Assembly (NCBI GenBank): GCA_039096225.1
Contig: JBBPEB010000032.1
Span: forward strand, 682,001 to 746,000
DNA: 64,000 nt
From: Blastocystis sp. Blastoise
Taxonomy: Eukaryota; Protista; Bigyra: Opalinata
Direction: 5' to 3'
In this document: piece after piece, positions 30,901 to 45,218 of the stretch
How positions within the stretch are numbered: position 1 is the stretch's first letter
Layout: each line of letters begins with the position of its first letter
Made by a program: the position numbers and the translations under genes
The notes under the pieces: model-generated
The model's database searches: none
What the model was told of the DNA's origin: nothing
The model's input: the letters and a program-made list of their open reading frames with translations, nothing else

Positions 30901-33177
30901 TCTTTAAATTCATATTTTCTACATATATATCTTTATCAAATAATGAATATTTCTTATTTAATTGTGGAGAATAATTCAAATTCTTTAAATCAAATTTACT
31001 AGGATATACATATACAATTAAAAATCTATTTAATAAAGCAGGTGAAAATCTTTTCATAGCATTCTCTTCTACAGTAGCAATAATTCTAAAATTAGGATGA
31101 ATAGTAATAACAGGTTGAATAGTACGTTCATCAAAACGAATAATATGATTATTTCCATCATTAGGAACTAATTCTAATAATGAATTTAATCTTTCAATTA
31201 CATTAGATTTTAATAAATGTAATGATTCAAATATACATGTTTCACCATTTATAATAGATTTTAATAAAGAAGAATCTTTCCAAATAGGTTTTCTTTTATT
31301 TTCTTTATTAAATACATAAGAACCAATTAATACTTCATTTGAAATAGAAGAACAACCATAAATAGTATTAAAATGATTTTTTGAATTTTCATTTGTTTTA
31401 TAATATGAATAAGCATCAGTATATGTTGATGAAGTATATACAGAAGGAGAAACAACTAAAATATGATTTCCTGCTTTCATGGATACATCCATATCATATA
31501 CAAATTTATCCCATATTCTTTGTATTAATGGTTCTTTCATATATGTAATAGGTATAGTAGGTATACGTTCATTTTCATCTAAAGGAGTTTCAAATACTAA
31601 ATGAATAGCATGAGATAAACTAGCTTTTTCTCTTAATAACATTTTTACACGTGTATGATCACGAATAGTATATTCTTTAATAACAGTAGATTCTGGTATA
31701 TATTTTTCATTTAGAATAATATGACTATCATTTTGACTAGATTGATTTTCAGATAATTTAAGATTATCATCAATATTTTGTTGTAATTTCAATTTACGTT
31801 TTTCATTACGTTCTCTACATTGTTTATGTGCAGCCATAGTATATTCTTGTGCATCTTCATCTTTAATAATAGATTTAGAAATATTATTTAATTCAGTATC
31901 ATCCATAGGAGGGAATTTATTTTGACCACCAAATCGAAAATGATCTAAAACTCTATTACTAAATTTAGTACGTTCATAAGTAGAACCAGCAGGATTTTGA
32001 GTAGCAATAATACGGAAATCTTTATGCATTTTATATATTTGATAACCAGATGTTTTACTTATATATAATTCTTCAGAATCTAAACAACCCATAAGGGGTT
32101 CTATTATTTCTTCTCTTGCTAAAGACATTTCATCTAATAATAATATATAACCATTAATAAATGCTTGAGTAAATGGACCTTCAGAAAATACTAATTTTTG
32201 TTTTCCATTAATAGTTTTAATAACATAATCACCTATAAGATCTTCTAAAGTAGTTGAAGGAGAGAAATTAAATCTTAATAAAGGTAATTGACATTTATGA
32301 CATATATATTCAACAGTATATGTTTTAGCAGAAGAAGTGGTACCTTCAATTAATAAATGAATACCAGATTTAATTGCATTTTCTACATAATCAATACGAG
32401 CACGTGCTTTGGTTGTTAATGTAGGAGTAATATGATTATTAACGGCTATAACTGATTTATAAGGTTTCATTGAATAATCTACATTATCAATAGTGACAAC
32501 TACTTGAGAATCTTTAGAATGAGCAATAAAATTCTTAAAAGTACAAGTAAATCTTTCATGATTATTAAATTGTATTTCTTTATTAAATACATCTTCTATA
32601 TAATAAAAATGTATTTGTTCTCCCATAATATTATGACCATTATTATCAGTTTCAAGATCAGGTAAATAAAAAAGTGAATTTCCTTGTTGATTAACATATT
32701 CAAAATAAAATTCATCATTTTGAACAAATGAATCTAAACCTTGATATATAGCAGAATTTAATGTTTCTGGAGCTAATCCTGAAGTTTCATTATGTATAGT
32801 TAATCGATTTATTGCTACAACATCTATAGTATCACCATAACCATATCCTTTTTGAATCTTTGCTATTAATACACCTATATATATTATTGATATATATTTG
32901 TTATATATATATTATTGATATATATATTTGTATTATATATATATTGTTTTAATAATATATTATTGATATATATTTGTATTATATATATATATATATATAC
33001 CAGTTTCATTATTATCAACAACAAAATCAGAAGAGAAAGAATGTAATAATGAAGAGACATTCTTTCCATCTATTAATATCTTTATAGTATTTTCTTTAGG
33101 TAATGTTTCAATATATTGTTTTAATAATATATCATATTCTTGTTCTTCAATATCACCATCATTTTCTTGTACTATAG

Positions 33178-33261
<84 letters not shown>

Positions 33262-33366
33262 CAGATAACATTGATAGATGTATAATTATGTGTAAAGGGA
33301 ATAACTAAATATTCTTTTTTCTCATCATCTACTTCATCGAAATTCATATGTAACTGACCTATAAAA

Positions 33367-33439
<73 letters not shown>

Positions 33440-34966
33440 TATACTTAAAAGTGGAATAGTAACAGATTCACAATAGAAATCATAACCATCATTTGTTTGT
33501 TTTAATTTATATACAATACGAATAGAATCTGTTTCTATATATATGTTATATTATAAATAATAATTATAATAATAATAAGCATATATATATATATTACCTT
33601 TCATAATAAGTTGTTGAGTCATTTTATTTGTTTGACAAAGAAAAGAATTAATAAATGGAAGAGTAAATATATCTTTTGAATCATCAATAAAATCATCTAT
33701 AATATATATATATATATATATATAATTAATACGTGGAAAATTATAATAATAATATATATATACATGTTTGTTCCATCATATATAACCAATTAATAGGATC
33801 ATTCATATCATGCTCAACTTGATCTCTAGCTATATATGAAGTTATTAATAATAATAATAATAATTATTATTATTATTATATATATATACAAGTAATATCA
33901 CAATGATGTTCTTCCATTTTATCAATAGATAATTTAGGTATCTATATTATATATATTAAAAAATAATAATTATTAATAGAATATATATAAAAAAAATTAA
34001 AACATATATATAATAAAAATAATTTATATGTATATACTGTAAACACATGAAAGTGCATAGAATCGGTATAACTATCAAAAACAGTAGTATCTTCAGTTAA
34101 TTCTTTAGAATTATATATTATAAATAAATGTGTATTATCATCATTTATTGAACGATCTTTCTATATATATATATATATATATTATAATATTAATAATAAT
34201 AACATGTATAATTATATATTTACTTTAATAATATTAATAAAAGTTTCATAAGAATTACATTCCAAATAAGGACATTCATTCTTTTTACCATCTTGATAAT
34301 ATATATGAACAATCTATATAATAATAATAATAATAATAATAATATATATATATATATATATTATTTATATATACTTCAGGTACAGGTTCAGGAGTATCTT
34401 CAGTTTCAGTTTCCTTTTCAGTTTCTTTTTCGGAGTTATTATCAGTATTATTATCAGTATTATCATTAATATGATCAGTGTTAATATTATCATCACTTAT
34501 ATCTACTTCTTGTTTCGGTTCATTATTATTATCATCGTGTCCATGATCATGACCATGTTTATGATGTTTATGATGTTTCGTTTGATTACCTTTCTCTTCT
34601 CCTTGTTTTTCTTCTTGAGAATTTGAAGTAATACCAAAAATACCTTGATTATTACCTTGAATACTTTTATCTTGTGAATTAATAGATGCTTCACCTTGAT
34701 TAAATGCATTTTCAAATATAGAAGCTGGTAAACTATTCTTATCTGGTATAATTATATTTAAAAGCGAAGGCGTCATAGTAGGGGATCCAGTAGAAGAAGC
34801 AGCAGTAGTAGCAGATGATTCTTTAGGATCAAATATATTAATAGGTTTATAAACAGGAGAAGAGGAATGCTGTTCATTATTAGCATTCGATTGAGGTATA
34901 AGAGGAGCTTGAAGATTTATACCATCTAGTAGAAGAGGAGGAGGAGAAGGTGATCCTGATTCTATA

Positions 34967-34997
<31 letters not shown>

Positions 34998-35217
34998 ATA
35001 TATATATATAAATATATAAATATATATTTATATATTAAAAAATGGTAATTAAAATTTAAAAAAAATTTAAATAATTTTTTAAATGTTATTTATTATACTT
35101 GCTCCTGATTGATTTGAAATAGATTCTTTAAGTGGAGGTATACTTGTCAACTATACAAATAAAATTATATATAATATTCTACAAAAAATAAATATTTCCA
35201 AGAAAATATTAAAAAAA

Positions 35218-35264
<47 letters not shown>

Positions 35265-35897
35265 TTTTAGCAGGTTCTTGTTCAACTAAATAAAGTTGTG
35301 ACTGGTGAGATATATGTGAATCAAATAAAGTTGCAGAATCATCAAGAAATTGAGAATTATACCATAATTTCGGATTTTGATAGAAAAGATTACGACTTTG
35401 GGCAAGCTATATGAAAAAATCAATAAAAAATCATTAAAAAAAAATTAAAAATATTAAGATATTGTTAGAATTATCTAAAATAACGTATATACCCTAACAA
35501 AAAATTGTTTGACCTCTTGAACTGTATTTCCTGTATAGCAACTCAAGGGTTCAGAAGAATTAGCAACTACACAATAGACGATGATGCTTTGATTTTGAGG
35601 AGCAACTTGCTGCAATTGACTTCTACGAAGAATATATATACAGCTTTGGTTATGAAGTTGCTTTGAAGCTAAGGTACCCGAAAAATCCAAATATTTTCCA
35701 TCATAAAGCCAGACTTGCTCTTCTTGGGATACTCCAAAATATTGCTATATTAAGAATAAATAAGAAAAAGAATGGATCAAAACATATAATCATACAGCGA
35801 TGTAAATAACTAGCTCAAAACACTCAATGTTTAGTGACGGTAGAGGGACTACCCTTGTCTGATTATCAATGATTAATGAAAGGATGAATTGAGACAT
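18953..35897 (-). CDS. Giant protein of about 5,281 aa: 3 ubiquitin-like domains, midasin-like 6x AAA+, linker, 2 vWA, GATase-like domain, C-terminal vWA
   Basis: Hand-spliced exons 35897-35796, 35744-35493, 35406-35263, 35150-35099, 34961-34375, 34313-34224, 34160-34038, 33941-33890, 33829-33764, 33696-33598, 33534-33445, 33358-33263, 33171-33001 and 32874-18953. All junctions are GT-AG and phase-consistent, 15,846 nt in total. Walker A motifs GTTSSAKT, GPINSGKS, GAPGIGKS, GPSPSGKS. Walker B motifs LLLDEMSLA, LILDEINLA, ILIEDIHLA. Midasin-type ERLNSLLE and HPNFRI. vWA motifs IIIDCTQRS and MMDCTGSM. Confidence 0.85.
26660..26810 (-). repeat. Coding 15-nt tandem repeat, about 10 copies of NNNYG, inside the giant AAA protein
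   Basis: Repeated ccataattattatta on the + strand; the ORF reads SNNNYGNNNYGNNKYGNNNYS... Confidence 0.9.
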
Positions 35898-36736
35898 CAG
35901 ACAAAAAAAAAAATTGAATGTTTCAATACAAAAACTTAAAAAAACTGAGTTTCTTTTTCTCTATAACTCGGTAATCCTAGTAATGGATTCCATATACAAA
36001 AATAACCATGATTTATTAGTTGAAATATGGATATTTCTTAGATTTCCCATGATTATGGATTTAATGCTAACTTAGTTATTTGTTGTGTTTTTATTGGAGA
36101 AATCAGTGAGCATCCAATTAAATAAAAGAAGGTGACGTTGTAGCGATGACGACCCAATTCGTAATACAGTTAGAAACTTCTTTTCCAGTTTTTTTTACTA
36201 TTATTCTGGTTTTTAGAAAATAAAACGTATTCTGAGATATACAAGGCATATTTATGATGATTCATATTTTTAGAAACGGTATTTTGTTGTAGAAATTGTG
36301 ATTATGTTTTTTTAATTGTTGCTTTTTTAAATGAAATTCAATATATGTTTATAGGAGTATATCGTCTGATATTTATTACATAAGTTATCTAATTCATATA
36401 TATATAAAGAAAGAAAATTTGTTTTTTTTTGAGAAAAAAAAGTGTATATTGTAGTTATTTCTTATACAGAGCTTTATGAAAAACTTAAATAAAAAAATAA
36501 GAAATTAAAACAAAAAATTATTGTTTGATATTTATTATATAGTGATTTATTATTTTAAGAGCAACTAATGGATAATAATGTGAAATGTTTTGAATAGTGA
36601 TTGTTTTGAATTATAATAATATATATAAAAAAAAAGATAATATAAAAATTTAGGTATTTAAAAAAATATAAATAAATATAAAAAAGTGGTCAATATAAAT
36701 AATATATATATAAAGAGAGAGAGATAAAAGTATGTA

Positions 36737-37393
36737 TTATTCATTTTCTAGTTGTTTTAGTTCCTGAATAAGATATTCTTTTTGTTTCATAAGACTGTCA
36801 ATAGTAGATAATATTTCATCTTTTTTCATTTTATTAATGTCAGTTTCCTTATTCATCTGTTCTTTTATGATATCTATATAATATATAATATATAGAGAAA
36901 TAATATATAATAACTATATATAATATATAATAACTATATAGGTATACTTTTAGTAGTAATATCTTGTTCATAATAATGTAATAATATATTTTTAATAGCT
37001 TTTCGATTATCATGTAAAAGTAGTATATATGATTTTGTTTCTTCTATTTTATTATTATAATAACATACATAAGCATCTTTAAATGTATTATATTCTTTAT
37101 TAACAATGGGTAATGAAGATAAATCTATATATATATAATTAATATACTTTATTATAAGATAAACTATATACCAGGAATATGAACATTTATATTATTTTTT
37201 ATTTGATCTTTTATATATATATATTTCTGTATATCCTGTTGAATATGAATTTGTAAACGATATAAATTATTATAAGACTGTTGTTCTTTTAATAATAATT
37301 TATATGTACTCTTTAAAGTATTATATTTATTAATATAAGACTGAATAGAATCAGAAAGAGTCTTATATGTTGCCATCTGTATAGATCCCTATA

Positions 37394-37484
<91 letters not shown>

Positions 37485-40400
37485 TAATATATACAACTGT
37501 CTGTATAGCTTGAATAATTGTTATAAAAACACTAAAGATGTCACATTGATTACTAGTAAAGAAATCTATATATAAATAATAAATACTTATAACAATATAT
37601 ATATATATACATGAATATTCATCTAATAGATAGTTACAAAAGTCTGGAATTGTAACTCCTTCAGGTAACTCTGTTATAGGAATTGAATCTAATTGGTCAA
37701 CAAAAAAGTTATCATCATTCTTATTGGATAATTCTTTAATATCATTATTCTCTATACAATATAAATTGTTAACATAACTCTATTTGAGAATAATAACACT
37801 ATATATATACCAATAATATCTTTATTTTGCTCAATATCCATAGAATTATTTATTGGTTTTGATATTGATACAGAAGAAGAATCATTATTTACGGATTGGT
37901 TATCAATATACATATTATTATTATTAGAAATAGATACAGAAAAAGGAATATATATAGTTGAGAGAATAGGAAGAAAAGAAGAAACAGAATATAACACAGA
38001 AATACACTGTTGTTTAAATGCAATATATTCGTTATATGTAGTATATATTTGATGATATAAAGAATATAATTCATTCGAATAATCTATAATTAATTTTTAT
38101 TGTAGAATAATATACTAAATATTATAATAGAATATATTAATTATATAATATAATATATATAATATATTAAATAAAATATTATAATATATATAATTATTTA
38201 AAAAAAACAAATAATAATATATATATACCTTCAATAAAGTCTAATTTTTGTGATTTAATAAGTAACGAATAATGACGAGAAATTTGAAGTGAATAAATAC
38301 CAAAGAATGATTTTTTACTTGTTAATAAAGAATCAATAGAATGTTCTTTTTCATATTGATATATATTATTTAATATAGAAATAATACTTGAAAACTATAT
38401 ATATAAATATATATTTTAAATAATATATATTTTCTAATAAATAATTATACTAATAAAACTATATACACGAGTAAAAAGAGTTGCTGGTGAAGAATAAATT
38501 TGTTTTTCAATATTATTAATTGGTGCTGAATAAAGATTCAGACTCTTTTTATCTTCTAATGATAACATAGGAAATACTACTGATTTCATTACTGTTATAC
38601 AATTCTTATATATATAGTTAATCAACTCTATATAATAATATTATAGATTATATGTTTAAAAAGTATTATAAAATTATATATAAAAAATATATATAAAAAT
38701 TATATATATACTATATATAATTATTATATATATAACTATATATAAAATATATATATACCGTGTGGATATTGAATAGATTCATAATAATGAATGCATTCGC
38801 TTGTTGTATGTTCAATATACTTATATGTATCTATATATTTATTTTCATTTTCATATTGATCTTCATTTTCTTTTTCTTTATTATTAATAATTTTAGATAT
38901 CTTATAATTATATGAAGATCCTAATTTTTGTCCATTTGATTGTTTACTATTTAAATGAGAAGAAACAGAAAAATGACTAAAATGATGTCCCGGGAAATAA
39001 TAATCATCATCATTACTAGAATTAGAAGAATCACTAGTATTATTATCACTAGTATTATAACTCTCTTCATCTTCACTATTAATATCACTATTAATATCAC
39101 TATTATCTGAAGACATAGAATAAGAAGATTTACTTGAAAAAGAGCTATCACTAAATTGATATTCTTCTTCTTCTTCTCCTGAATTATGATAATAATTACC
39201 ATCATATATACTATTATTCTCCATGATCTCTTCATCATCATCTATAGATCTTCTTCTTCTTATAGAATTCTTTGTAGGTATAGTAATATCTATATCTATA
39301 TTATTATCATCATCATGTTCTTTTTGATTGTCTTCTATTGGCATATAATCATCATCATCATCATCTGAAGAAGAAGGGGTTTTATTATTTTCATTATTAT
39401 GATTATTTTCATTATTATTATTAGTATTTTCATTATTATTATTATTAAGTAATTGATTTCTATTATCATTGGTACTATTGATATTATATGTATTGTTTGT
39501 AGAATTCATAGAATCTATATCTTTTGGTGAGTTAGATTCTATAATAACTGTATATATATGATAGACTTCTTTTTCTTTTTTATTATTTAATGAGAGTGAT
39601 TCTTGAATAGATTCAGAAGAAGAAGCAGTATTATTAGAAGTAGAATTAATAGGATTATTAGTAATAGAATTAATAGGATTATTATTAGTAGAATTAATAA
39701 GATTACTAATATTAGAAATTATAGGATTATTATTAGTAGAATTAATAGGATTATTATTAGTAGAATTAATAGGATTATTATTAGTAGAATTAATAGGATT
39801 ATTATTAGTAGAATTAATAGGATTATTATTAGTAGAATTAATAGGATTATTATTAGTAGAATTAATAAGATTATTAGTAGTAGAATTAATAAGATTATTA
39901 GTATAAGAAATAATAGGATTACTAGTAGTAGAATTAATACCATTAAAAAAGAAATTAGATGACCAATCAGAATCAAATGATTTAAGATAATTTATAGGCC
40001 AAATATCACGGTGTAAAACACCTATATCTCTATTTGGTGATTGTTCATTATTCATATATATTTGCATTTCTGGTGAGTATTTTATAGAAACACTATCAGG
40101 ATCATGCATATGTTTATCAAATAGCCACAATTTATAATTATTTGAAGTTTGATCTTCTTCATAAGGAGAAGAAGAATGAATAGATGCTAAATAAGTTAAC
40201 ATATCAATATCTATTCCATTATAGGGATTACAAACTCTTTTATTTTCATATATATATCTATCTTTTCGGTCTGTTAATAATAAAGGTATATTTGTAGTAG
40301 TAGAAGAAGAAGAAGAATCTGTTGTTGTAGAATTATAAATATAAAATATTTTATTAGAAATAGCATCTTTTTTACTTGAAGAAGAATCTGTAATATTATT

Positions 40401-40722
40401 TTTAAATGTACATATAGTTTTAGAACTATATATATATATATATAGTATAGGGTGATTTTTATCGAATAAATGAAAATATCAAATATTATATATATATTAT
40501 TATTAAGCCATAATCATTATATATATATATACAAAACAAAATCCATTGGTGGGATACTTGTTGTTGATGGTAAGAAACAGTATATATATCCAATAGAGAA
40601 GAAATCATGCTATATTGAAAATAAACATTATATATATAATGATATATATAATGATATATACTAATGTACAAATACATGAAAAATGCTTCATAAATTCTAA
40701 TAATTCCTATATAAACAAATAA

Positions 40723-40758
<36 letters not shown>

Positions 40759-41563
40759 TTCTTGACTTCCAAATTCTACATACATTGAATATGTATCTAT
40801 AATAATATTTAAATAATAATAATAAATAAAATAATATACTATCTTCATTTATATATGTTTTAAGTACTCTGTAGAATAAGAAAAAAAAAGTAATAAAATA
40901 AATATTAATAATAATAATACTTTATCGTTGAATAGGATGTTAAAAATTTATAAATTAATGTTTGTGATAGTTTTATTGGATTACATAATATACTTTCAAT
41001 TTCTTTTTTATTTAGTGGATGTTTACATATTAATTCAGGATTAACATATCGTAGAAAAAGTGGAGTATATACTATATATTGTATTTAAATAAAAATAATA
41101 AACACATTAATGAAATAAATATATTTACAATCAGGATTTGTATCAAGGTTTTGTTTTAGTTTTAAATAATCGTTCATCATCGTTGAAATCAATGTTGGAT
41201 ATTCACCACGAACAGTCACGATTGATTCAAATTCAGAATTCCGTTTATAAACTACATCTTCATAAATTGTATTGAGAACATCATAACTTGCAATTACCAA
41301 AATCGTACAGCAAGACCTATATATATACCAAATATATATCTACGAATTGAGAACATATACACACTACAACGAGGCATTCTTGCATAGAGAATCGAGTAAT
41401 GGGAACGAAGATATTCAGGTATATCCTTTCCAAGATTCTTCATATTACCTATTCGCCTCTCATTCTTCTTATAACAGAAAAAGAAGAAAGTATATGTTTG
41501 AAAAATGGAGGGTTCGCCATCTACAGGTATTCCATCTTGACTAACATCTAGAAAGTTATCCAT
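36737..41563 (-). CDS. Multi-exon hypothetical protein: possible N-terminal RRM-like region, long Asn/Ser/Asp-rich exon, coiled-coil-like C-terminus
   Basis: ATG at 41563. The 5' exons join in phase (MDNFLDV..., YSMYVEFGSQEELLEFMKHF is RNP1-like). Includes ORF 38736-40202. Ends KEYLIQELKQLENE* at 36737. Not every internal junction was checked, so this could be two genes. Confidence 0.5.
39640..39940 (-). repeat. Coding 24-nt tandem repeat (INSTNNNP), about 10 copies including variants
   Basis: Repeated ggattattattagtagaattaata on the + strand within ORF 38736-40202. Confidence 0.9.
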
Positions 41564-41995
41564 GGTCTGCAAATGCTAGTTAACACAATAATATTTTCTA
41601 GATAAAAATAAATCTATATATGGTGGAATGACTGAGAAGAAAAAGAAAAAAAAACACGTTTCAATAATTCTTTCCAAAAAGGTGTACTTATTAATAACAA
41701 TTTTTTATTTTAACATCAATAAATGAGCTTGTACTGTGTTTTTAGTACATAGAATGTAAAATAGTTTAAAAAAGAAGTGTAAATTATGTTCGTGTGTTTG
41801 GATGTTCTAATAATAACTATTTTGAAGCATTTCTTCTTTTTTTAAATACTCTGTTCATGTTCTTCATGATATCAGAATATGTATATAATGGATATGTGAA
41901 CAATATGCAATGAAAAAATGGATTATAAATTATGTTTAATCATTATTTATATTCGACTTGTAATATATACAAGTGAAGATATACTAATAAAACGA

Positions 41996-42003
41996 AACAA
42001 ACA
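41996..42003 (-). terminator. TGTTTGTT putative polyadenylation motif of the GH3 gene
   Basis: Exact motif on the sense strand about 57 nt after the stop. Confidence 0.55.
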
Positions 42004-42059
42004 TATATAGACTATTTGATAGTAATAATTAACTATTTTTATTATAATTGAGTTAAGAT

Positions 42060-43413
42060 TTAAGATAATTCAAATTGTTGGAGACTTGTAAAATCCATAC
42101 AGAAATATTTCTGAACATCAGAAGAGCATTCATCAAGAAGAATGGAATGATCATTATCTACTATAAAAGAATGAGATAATCCTGAAGAGAATCCAGGTTG
42201 ACCTCCACCAACATAGATCTATATTTACATATGTTAATATATACATAAAATTAAAATAATTTCTATTAAAAAAATAATATAAATTAAATAAAAATATAAA
42301 TTACTTCATATTGTCCATTTAAAAGAACACGTTTTCCTTCCATATTAACAACACTATACATAATAGGATCAATTGTATAAGTAAATAATATTGTTTCCTG
42401 ATTCTTTATAGAAACTCGTTTAAAACCCATAAGTTGTCTTTTAGGAACAATAAATGTTGTATTTGGTGATGTTATATATACTTGTACAACTTCTTCTCCA
42501 TCATCTATATATATATTTATATATAGAATATTTTTAAGGCGAAATAAAAAAAATATATATGTTTTTTATTATGTAGAATGTGTTTATATATATACTATTT
42601 GTACTAATAATAATTTTAAAAATATATAGGAATTCTTTAATATAAAACAAAGAATGTATATATATATTTATATATATATATATATACAGGGTCCTAGGTT
42701 TGTAATATGAATAGAGAGAGTGAATGAATCACAAGCATGAATTAAAGTTGAAGAAAACGATTGTTCACTATATATATATATATATATTATTCTATTATTT
42801 ATATAATATTATTATGAATATACGAATATGAGAAATTCGAATACGAAAGTCCATATCCAAAAGGGAATTGTACCTCCCCAACAAAATATTTATAGGTTCG
42901 ACCAGGGGCAGCAGTTATATCATAATCATCTTGATTTGGTAAACCAGAGTCATCCTTAATAATTGTATATGGCAATTTCCCCGCGGGATTATAGTCACCC
43001 ATAAGAACATCAATAATAGCTTGACCTCCAAATTGTCCAGGATAAAAAGCATCAATAGAAGTATCAATGAAATCTGGTATAGCTATAGAAGCACCATGAA
43101 CTAATACCAAAATAATTTCCTTTCCTAATTGCTTTAATTCATAGAGAAGTTGACTTTGACATCCTGGTAAACCCATTAGCGCAGTTTCTGTACCTATATA
43201 TATATATATATAATATTATTATTTACTGCATATATGTGTATTTTAAAAAAATATAAAATAATATTATTTGGTATATATAATATAGTTTATAAATATATAT
43301 AATACTGTTATCCACTATAGATAATATAGTTAATATATATATATATATACCATTACATAACTGTGCTGTTCTATCGTGATCTTCTCCTTCTAATGTCATA
43401 TCTAATCCCATTA

Positions 43414-43450
<37 letters not shown>

Positions 43451-44900
43451 CTTATAATAAGAAAAATACAAATAAATATATAATATTTATTATAAGAAAA
43501 ATACAAATAAATAAATAAATATAATTATACAGCAATAATAATATCAACATCATTCGCAATATCTAATGCTTTTGGGAAATATTTTCTGCCTGTACATTTA
43601 CTATCGTTACATCCAGGAGCGTACTTTGGAGTAGGGAGAGAATTCTTTTTTGCATAGGAGAAAAGAGACTTTAAAAGTAGGGAAATAGAGATTATTATAG
43701 AATAAAAGATATATATATACAAATTATAAGATAATAATAGATATATATAATAAATATTATACTTCATAAACGGTATAGATATGATCCGGAATACCTTCAT
43801 AATTAGAGAGATAAGCTTTCGAATTATTTGCATTATTACCTATATACATATAATATTATAATTTATCACACATTAATCATAAAAGAAAACATATAATAAA
43901 ATTTTTTATTATACATAAGAGAATAGTTCACAATAATAATAATAGTATATATATATATAATATACCCACAAGACCAATGCGAGGATATTTATTTGTATTT
44001 AGAGGCAAAATATGATTTCGATTTCGTGTTAATACTATTGATTTTTGAGCAGCTATTAAATTTATTTTCTATATATATATATTTTAAGTTAATAAATATA
44101 ACACGAATGATATAATTAGTATATGAATATGATAAAAAATATTATATATATATAAATACTTTATTATAATCAGTATTTAGATGTTCCTCCCCATAAGAGG
44201 CGAAAGGTACCTTATCGGGAGAGTCAAAGTCCCCTACCAACATTCTTAATCGCATACTATAGGATTAATTGGTATAATGATAAATCAATTTATATATATA
44301 TTTTATTATTTAATAGTAATTTGAATATCATAAGAATAAATAATATTTAATATTATATATACCTTCTTTTGACAGCATCAATAACATCTTTTTTATTCAC
44401 AAGATTGTGTTCTATAGCAGGAATAATATTATTTGGATACACGTGATCTCCTCCAAGATCGATATCTGTCGTTGCATTCATGCACATGCCTACCGCCTGC
44501 TGCATCGATGACGCATAATGGTGATCCGTATATACCTATATATATATATAATAAATGTTTATATAATTATAAATATAACTATATACAGCTTTAATAGCTC
44601 TATTATCACTCATCATACTTATATCAGATCTATTCCATCTATATATATGTATATATGTATATAAGGATTAACAATATATATACCTTGATCTCACAAGTTC
44701 TTTTAAAAGAAATTCATTGGCTGCACAAGGAGCTCCTTTGGGGGATTCTTTTGAACGAATTCCACTAATGTTAATATATATAATATTGAATAATAATAAA
44801 AATAATAATCTATATATACCTATAAGCAGGCATCATTTGAAGGACATTGACACAACGAGCTTGAGTTTCAAATTGAGGGAAATAAGTATCATATAAATCA

Positions 44901-44951
<51 letters not shown>

Positions 44952-45007
44952 TCAGTAGCATTTGCAACAAAAGATAAACGATTTTTTTCAGGACCACTAT
45001 GTACCTT

Positions 45008-45052
<45 letters not shown>

Positions 45053-45172
45053 AGTTATATATACTGCAATATGTTTAGCACATGCAGCCATCTTATAATA
45101 CTTTCCTTTCTTTTCCTATATATATATAATATTAATAATAATAATAATATCAAATCATGAATAATCATTTTA

Positions 45173-45218
<46 letters not shown>

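Noticed and set aside
18953-32626. Labelling the giant ORF as MDN1, dynein or RNF213
   Set aside because: It is midasin-related, but it lacks the D/E-rich tether, has extra domains and has two dead AAA sites. No dynein stalk or RING is visible, so no gene symbol was assigned.
33494-33501. TGTTTGTT on the + strand
   Set aside because: It is antisense within a coding exon (KQTN codons) and likely a chance match.
36254-36370. Possible C/D-box snoRNA (ATGATGA ... CTGA) in an intergenic region
   Set aside because: There is no convincing terminal stem or rRNA guide, and such boxes arise by chance in AT-rich DNA.
39640-39940. Regular repeats that might suggest a CRISPR array
   Set aside because: They are spacer-less, in-frame coding tandem repeats in a eukaryotic gene, with no cas genes.
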